Part shown: piece by piece, positions 58,953 through 64,000 of the stretch
Layout: each line of letters starts with the position of its first letter
Numbering within the stretch: position 1 is the first letter of the stretch
Assembly (NCBI GenBank): GCA_963668625.2
Contig: CAXXKA010000010.1
Coordinates: 32,001 to 96,000, forward strand
Direction: 5' to 3'
Origin: an uncultured candidate division Zixibacteria bacterium
GTDB taxonomy: Bacteria; Zixibacteria; MSB-5A5; UBA10806; 4484-95
Length of the DNA stretch: 64,000 nt
Translations under genes and position numbers: made by a program
The notes under the pieces: generated by a model
Told to the model about the DNA's origin: nothing
What the model saw: the letters and a program-made list of their open reading frames with translations, nothing else
Databases searched by the model: none

Positions 58953-60698
58953 ATGTCATCAAACCCATTTGCCAGACGGTCAACCCAGTCGATCAAGGAA
59001 CTGGTCGAGGTATCCTCGGGAAAGAAGCCTGCGGATATATGTCTGGAAAACGCAAAAATAGTTAATGTTTATTCCAACGAGATTATCGAGGGCAATGTCG
59101 CGATATACCAGGATAGAATTGCCGGTGTAGGGCCGAAATACAAAGCTACCAAAAAAATCAATCTAAAAGGCAAATATATTGCGCCCGGTTTTATAGACGG
59201 TCACTTTCATATCGAATCCTCACTGGTAATTATTCCCGAGTTAGCCCGGGTGATCGTACCTCGTGGGACAACCTCTGTTATCGCCGATCCTCACGAGATA
59301 ACCAACGTGCTCGGGTATGACGGTATAAGGTTCATGCTGGAATCTTCCAAGTATAATCCACTTAACGTTTTTTTCACCCTGCCCTCATGCGTTCCGGCAA
59401 CCGATCTGGAGACCTCCGGCTCATCCATGAAAGCATTCGATATATTTCCGTTCTTTACCGAGAAATGGGTCGTGGGTTTGGGCGAGGTAATGAACTACCC
59501 CGGTGTGCTGAACGGTCAGGATGATGTTATCGAAAAAATCGCTATTACCGAGGGGAAACGTATCGATGGTCACGCGCCCGGAGTTGGTGGCAAAGACCTG
59601 GCCGGATATATCTCCGCCGGTATCGCTTCCGATCACGAGTCGACCTCGCTGGAGGAAGCCCGCGAGAAACTTAGGCTGGGTATGTACGTGATGATACGCG
59701 AGGGCTCCGCGGCTAAAAATCTCGATAGCCTTTTACCCCTGGTGAACCATAAGAACAAAGGTCGATTCATATTCGTAACCGATGATCACAATCCGCTGGA
59801 TATCCTGTCGGCCGGGCATATCGACGGCGTAGTCAGAAAAGCGATCAAGAAAGGTCTCGATCCGATTACCGCCATTCAGCTTGCTACATTGAACCCGGCG
59901 GAGTATTTCGGCGTAACCGATATCGGCGCGATCGCTCCCGGATTGCTCGCCGATATGATCGTGTTCGAGGATTTGAAGAAGATCAATATCACCGATGTTT
60001 ATAAAAGCGGCAAGCAGGTCGGGAAAAACGGCAAGCCTGTTTATGATGATGTCCCGCATCCCCGCCCGGTTATAAGGAGCACGGTCAATATCAAATGGCT
60101 CGAGGGGAACGAGTTTCGTATTCCTGCCGAAAACGGTAAATGCCGCGTTATCGGAATAGTACCGAACCAGCTGGTGACCAATAGCAAGGTATTAAAGCCA
60201 AAAGTTCAGAATGGCGAAGTCGTTTCCGATCCCGGGCGTGATATCCTGAAACTATTCGTACTCGAAAGGCATACCGCCTCGGGAAGAATCGGTAAAGGAC
60301 TGGTGCAAGGGTTAGGTATTAAAAAGGGGGCCGTTGCCACCTCGATAGCTCACGATTCGCATAATATCATTGCGGCAGGTGTTAACGATGAGGACATATT
60401 CAAAGCCGTGATACAGATAAACAAAATCGGCGGCGGTATGGCTGTCGTTGCCGACGGCAAACTTCTGGCGGATGTCAAACTACCGATAGCCGGACTGATG
60501 TCGGATAAATCGATGATTGATGTCGCAGCCGATATCAAGAAGCTCAAGAAGACGATTCGTAAACTGGGTTCGGAACTGGAGGACCCGATGATGACATTGA
60601 GTTTCATGGCGTTGCCGGTTATCCCTCAATTGAAGCTTACTGATTTCGGCTTGATCGATGTCAACAGTTTCCAGCAAGTGGGGCTGTTCGTTGACTGA
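58953..60698 (+). CDS. ade: Adenine deaminase
   Basis: DGHFHIESS, DPHEI.NV.G, LGEVMN, DGHAP, DHE, REGS, TDD, AHDSHN. Confidence 0.95.
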   Translation: MSSNPFARRSTQSIKELVEVSSGKKPADICLENAKIVNVYSNEIIEGNVAIYQDRIAGVGPKYKATKKINLKGKYIAPGFIDGHFHIESSLVIIPELARVIVPRGTTSVIADPHEITNVLGYDGIRFMLESSKYNPLNVFFTLPSCVPATDLETSGSSMKAFDIFPFFTEKWVVGLGEVMNYPGVLNGQDDVIEKIAITEGKRIDGHAPGVGGKDLAGYISAGIASDHESTSLEEAREKLRLGMYVMIREGSAAKNLDSLLPLVNHKNKGRFIFVTDDHNPLDILSAGHIDGVVRKAIKKGLDPITAIQLATLNPAEYFGVTDIGAIAPGLLADMIVFEDLKKINITDVYKSGKQVGKNGKPVYDDVPHPRPVIRSTVNIKWLEGNEFRIPAENGKCRVIGIVPNQLVTNSKVLKPKVQNGEVVSDPGRDILKLFVLERHTASGRIGKGLVQGLGIKKGAVATSIAHDSHNIIAAGVNDEDIFKAVIQINKIGGGMAVVADGKLLADVKLPIAGLMSDKSMIDVAADIKKLKKTIRKLGSELEDPMMTLSFMALPVIPQLKLTDFGLIDVNSFQQVGLFVD

Positions 60699-62025
60699 TA
60701 AAGCTAAGCTAATAGTATCGTGTCAGGATATTTTCACCAATGAAAAAAGCTGTCCGCTTATTCGCTCCGGCGCGATACTCATGGAAGACGGATTGGTCAA
60801 AGAGGTTGGCGAGGCCGGGAAAATTAAAGCTCGATATCCGGAGGCTAAAGTCGAAAATCTCGGCGCCGGCCTAATTACGCCGGGATTGGTTAACCTTCAC
60901 CATCACCTTTACTCCTCTTTCGCCAGAGGCTGGAATCCCGGAACGGAATCTCCGGTTAATTTCCCGCAAATATTAGAACGTATCTGGTGGCGACTCGATA
61001 AAGCTCTTAACCTCGATGATATATACTACTCCGCAATAGTCGGTTTGTGCGAATCGATACGTATGGGAGTAACCGCCGTTGTCGATCACCACGCCGGCCA
61101 GAATATGGTAACAGGTTCGTTGGATAATATCGCCGCCGCATTTACCGAAATAGGTTTGAAAGGTTCGGTCTGTTTCGAGTTAAGCGACAGAGGTGGATCG
61201 AGTATTTTTCAGGATGGGTTAAGCGAAAATATTAACGCTATCGAAAAGTATAATATGACCAACAGTAAGCTCGAACCGATGGTTGGACTTCACGCCTCTC
61301 TGACTCTTTCGGATAAGAGTTTGGAAACGATATATCGCGCAACAAAGGATTCGGGTGCGGGATATCATCTGCATTTGGCCGAGGATAAATCCGATCAAGA
61401 GGATTCGGAATCCAAATATGGTATGAGGGTCACCGAACGTTTTGCCAGGTATAATCTGTTAAATGATAAATCGCTGGCCATTCATGGAGTTCATCTAAAC
61501 GATGATGAAATCAAGATTTTAGCGGATGCCGGCGCAAACCTGGTAATTTGTCCCCGATCGAATCAGAACAACGGCGTAGGTATTCCTCGATGGTGGGACT
61601 ATGATAACGTTAATGTCGGCCTGGGTACCGATGGGATCGATTCGAGTGTTATCAACGAGGCGAAATCTGCGCTATATATAACTCATCACGAGCGTAAAAA
61701 TCCCGATTTCGGATTCGGCCGGCTTAGCGATATGCTTTTCGGGCGCAATCCCGAGATATTCGAAAAAATTACCGGTGTGAGAGTCGGAAAGATAGCTGCA
61801 GGTCATCCGGCTGATATTGTTTATTGGGATTACGACTCACCTACGCCCGTAAATGAAAATAACATAGCCGGCCATTACCTGTACGGGCTGGGCAATCATC
61901 TAGCCGATACCGTTTGGATTGATGGTGAAAAAGTATATGGAAAAGGCGAGTTCAAAAAAATCGATTATAGAAAACTCATGAGCGAAGCACGAGAGGCGGC
62001 CGGTAGTTTATGGCAAAGATTATAA
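60691..62025 (+). CDS. ssnA: SsnA-like amidohydrolase
   Basis: HHHLYS..ARG, ILE..WWRLD, DHH, GLHAS.T, H.HLAE, PRSN.NN.VG, LGTDG. Probable TTG start overlapping the ade stop. Confidence 0.82.
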   Translation: MTDKAKLIVSCQDIFTNEKSCPLIRSGAILMEDGLVKEVGEAGKIKARYPEAKVENLGAGLITPGLVNLHHHLYSSFARGWNPGTESPVNFPQILERIWWRLDKALNLDDIYYSAIVGLCESIRMGVTAVVDHHAGQNMVTGSLDNIAAAFTEIGLKGSVCFELSDRGGSSIFQDGLSENINAIEKYNMTNSKLEPMVGLHASLTLSDKSLETIYRATKDSGAGYHLHLAEDKSDQEDSESKYGMRVTERFARYNLLNDKSLAIHGVHLNDDEIKILADAGANLVICPRSNQNNGVGIPRWWDYDNVNVGLGTDGIDSSVINEAKSALYITHHERKNPDFGFGRLSDMLFGRNPEIFEKITGVRVGKIAAGHPADIVYWDYDSPTPVNENNIAGHYLYGLGNHLADTVWIDGEKVYGKGEFKKIDYRKLMSEAREAAGSLWQRL

Positions 62026-63269
62026 AATACAGCCTGAAGTGTGTTTCCTGTGATAAGGAATTTGAGCCCAAATCGAGCGTAATGACCTGTCCCGAATGCG
62101 GCGAGTTCAGGGGCACGCTAGATGTAATCTATCCATACGATGAAATAAAAAGCAGTTTTACGAAACCTTTATCGTTTTATGGCAGAGATTCGGTCTACGA
62201 ATCATTATTGCCTATTATGCCATACGATAATCCTGCCTGCTTGCCTCCCGTACCTGTCGGTTCGACACCTATATTCGAATCACCGGCCTTATCGAAAATA
62301 CTGGGGCTGAACAATCTCTGGCTGAAAGATGACAGCCGCAATCCCTCGGCCTCATTGAAAGACAGGGCGTCGGCAACAACGCTGGCTATGGCTAATGAAT
62401 CTGGCGCCTCGGTAATCGCGGTTGCCTCTACCGGTAACGCCGCCTCCTCGCTGGCAACATTGGCAGCCTCTATGTCGATAACCGCCATGCTGTTCGTCCC
62501 AAAAACTATACCTCGCCCCAAGCTGGCCCAGCTGACTATTCACGGAGCTAAAATTATCTGCCTCGATTGCGACTACGACAGTGCGTTCGACCTATGTCAG
62601 CTTGCCTGTAAAAGATTTGGCTGGTACAACCGTAACACCGCGGTAAACCCGTACACCGGCGAGGGCAAGAAAACAGCCGCGCTGGAAATCGCCTGTAGCC
62701 TGGGGGAATCGCCGGATGTAGTAATATGTCCTGTAGGGGATGGCTGTATACTGAGTGGGATTTACAAGGGATTTTGGGATCTTCGGAAATTAGGCCTTAT
62801 AGATAAGATACCGAGACTTTACGGTGTGCAGGCCTCGGGTTCAGCGCCGCTGGTAAAAGCTTTCGAAAGCGGTAACGATATAACGCCAATCGAAAGTGTC
62901 AACACTATCGCGGATTCCATTTCGGTCGGTTACCCTCGTGATGGCGTTAAAGCGATGAGAGCGGTCAAAAATAGCAGTGGTAAATTCATAACCGTCTCCG
63001 ATGATCAAATAGTTAAAGCTCAGCAACTGGCGGCCTCGAAAGGCGGCGTTTTCGTTGAGCCGGCGGCGGCGGCGGCGATCGCGGGGCTGTTATCACTTAA
63101 CGAGAATAACGAATTCTCGAAAAACGAAAAAATCGTAACCTTACTTACGGGGCATGGCCTGAAAGATATCGACACGGTAATTAAAAATACTAAAACCGAT
63201 ATCGAAATCATGCAACCGGATATCGATATCATAACCGAAAAGATAGAAAAAACTATACGCTGGAGATAA
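62010..63269 (+). CDS. Threonine-synthase-like fold-II PLP enzyme
   Basis: N-terminal CxxC..CPxC, NPSASLKDR, ASTGN, EGKKT, PVGDG, TG.GLKD. Confidence 0.85.
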   Translation: MAKIIKYSLKCVSCDKEFEPKSSVMTCPECGEFRGTLDVIYPYDEIKSSFTKPLSFYGRDSVYESLLPIMPYDNPACLPPVPVGSTPIFESPALSKILGLNNLWLKDDSRNPSASLKDRASATTLAMANESGASVIAVASTGNAASSLATLAASMSITAMLFVPKTIPRPKLAQLTIHGAKIICLDCDYDSAFDLCQLACKRFGWYNRNTAVNPYTGEGKKTAALEIACSLGESPDVVICPVGDGCILSGIYKGFWDLRKLGLIDKIPRLYGVQASGSAPLVKAFESGNDITPIESVNTIADSISVGYPRDGVKAMRAVKNSSGKFITVSDDQIVKAQQLAASKGGVFVEPAAAAAIAGLLSLNENNEFSKNEKIVTLLTGHGLKDIDTVIKNTKTDIEIMQPDIDIITEKIEKTIRWR

Positions 63270-63279
63270 AGGAGAACTT

Positions 63280-64000
63280 ATGGCAATCAAGTGGGATGCG
63301 TACAACACTATCACCGATAACATTTTCGATACTATCGGCAGAACACCTTTAGTTAGATTGAGTAAAATCCCCGAACTGACCGGAATCGACTGCGAGATAC
63401 TGGGCAAACTGGAATATTTCTCGCCCTCAGGAAGCTTGAAAGACAGAATTTACCTGAATATGTTCGATCTGGCCGAACAAAGAGGCGAACTGAAACCCGG
63501 TATGACCGTGCTGGAATGCTCGACGGGAAATGCCGGAATCGGTTGCTCTTTCGTAGCCGCCACCAAAGGATACAAGTGCATCATAGTAATGCCCAGGGGG
63601 ATGTCCGAAGAGCGTAAAATGCTCGATATGATTTATGGTTCGGAGATGGTTTACACACCAGGCGGTGAAAGCGATGTCGATTTAGCATTGGAGAAGTTGC
63701 AGGAAATTAAAAATCAGGATCCAGATAAATACTGGGTACCGGCACAGTTCGATAATCCCGACAATATCGAGGCGCATTACCGCACTACCGGTCCTGAGAT
63801 ATGGGAGCAGACGGATGGTAAGTTCGATGCTTTCATCGCGACCCAGGGAACCGGAGGCACGATCACGGGGGCGGGAAGGTATTTCCATCAGTTCAATAAA
63901 GATATCAAACTTTACGCTATCGAACCGGCGGAATGCCCACTTCTTTCAAAACGTGTCTGGGGACCGCATGGCATCGAGGGTATCGGGGATGGTTTCGTGC
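63280..64000 (+). CDS. Cysteine-synthase-like PLP enzyme, 3'-truncated by window edge (not in supplied ORF list)
   Basis: RBS AGGAG, then ATG 63280: MAIKW..IGRTPLVRL..KLEYFSPSGSLKDR..STGNAG..QFDNPDN..H..TTGPEI..GTGGT..HGIEGIG. Confidence 0.88.
   Translation, partial: MAIKWDAYNTITDNIFDTIGRTPLVRLSKIPELTGIDCEILGKLEYFSPSGSLKDRIYLNMFDLAEQRGELKPGMTVLECSTGNAGIGCSFVAATKGYKCIIVMPRGMSEERKMLDMIYGSEMVYTPGGESDVDLALEKLQEIKNQDPDKYWVPAQFDNPDNIEAHYRTTGPEIWEQTDGKFDAFIATQGTGGTITGAGRYFHQFNKDIKLYAIEPAECPLLSKRVWGPHGIEGIGDGFV

Overview
Chromosomal 64-kb window from a diderm bacterium of the FCB group. The T9SS-type C-terminal sorting domains, PorV and the DGGGP-synthase-like UbiA suggest a Zixibacteria-like organism; this is inference. 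No rRNA, tRNA, CRISPR array or intact transposase was seen. From left to right: (1) a T9SS-like envelope operon (PorV, M6 metalloprotease with CTD, two DUF5683-like paralogs, NHL lipoprotein, large SprA-like OM protein, Omp85, UbiA prenyltransferase); (2) a deletion scar fusing two 5'-truncated genes; (3) a secreted S8 protease transcribed divergently from a compact cassette of TPR protein, small signal-peptide propeptide and divergent sigma-70-like gene, resembling Rap/Phr or arbitrium peptide signalling; (4) a His-rich RxPP leader ORF plus TonB receptor behind a DtxR/MntR-like operator; (5) gdhA beside a two-component system, a GDH paralog lacking the catalytic Lys and Asp, two PEP-synthase-like ATP-grasp proteins (one sharing its sensor domain with the kinase and ending in a nucleotidyltransferase) and a phosphoesterase; (6) oxidative-stress genes (AhpD-like, rubrerythrin, bfr, katA, perR/fur); (7) an anaerobic purine/pyrimidine catabolism cluster with two Mo-hydroxylases that runs off the window end. 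The best candidates for undescribed systems are (3) and (5).
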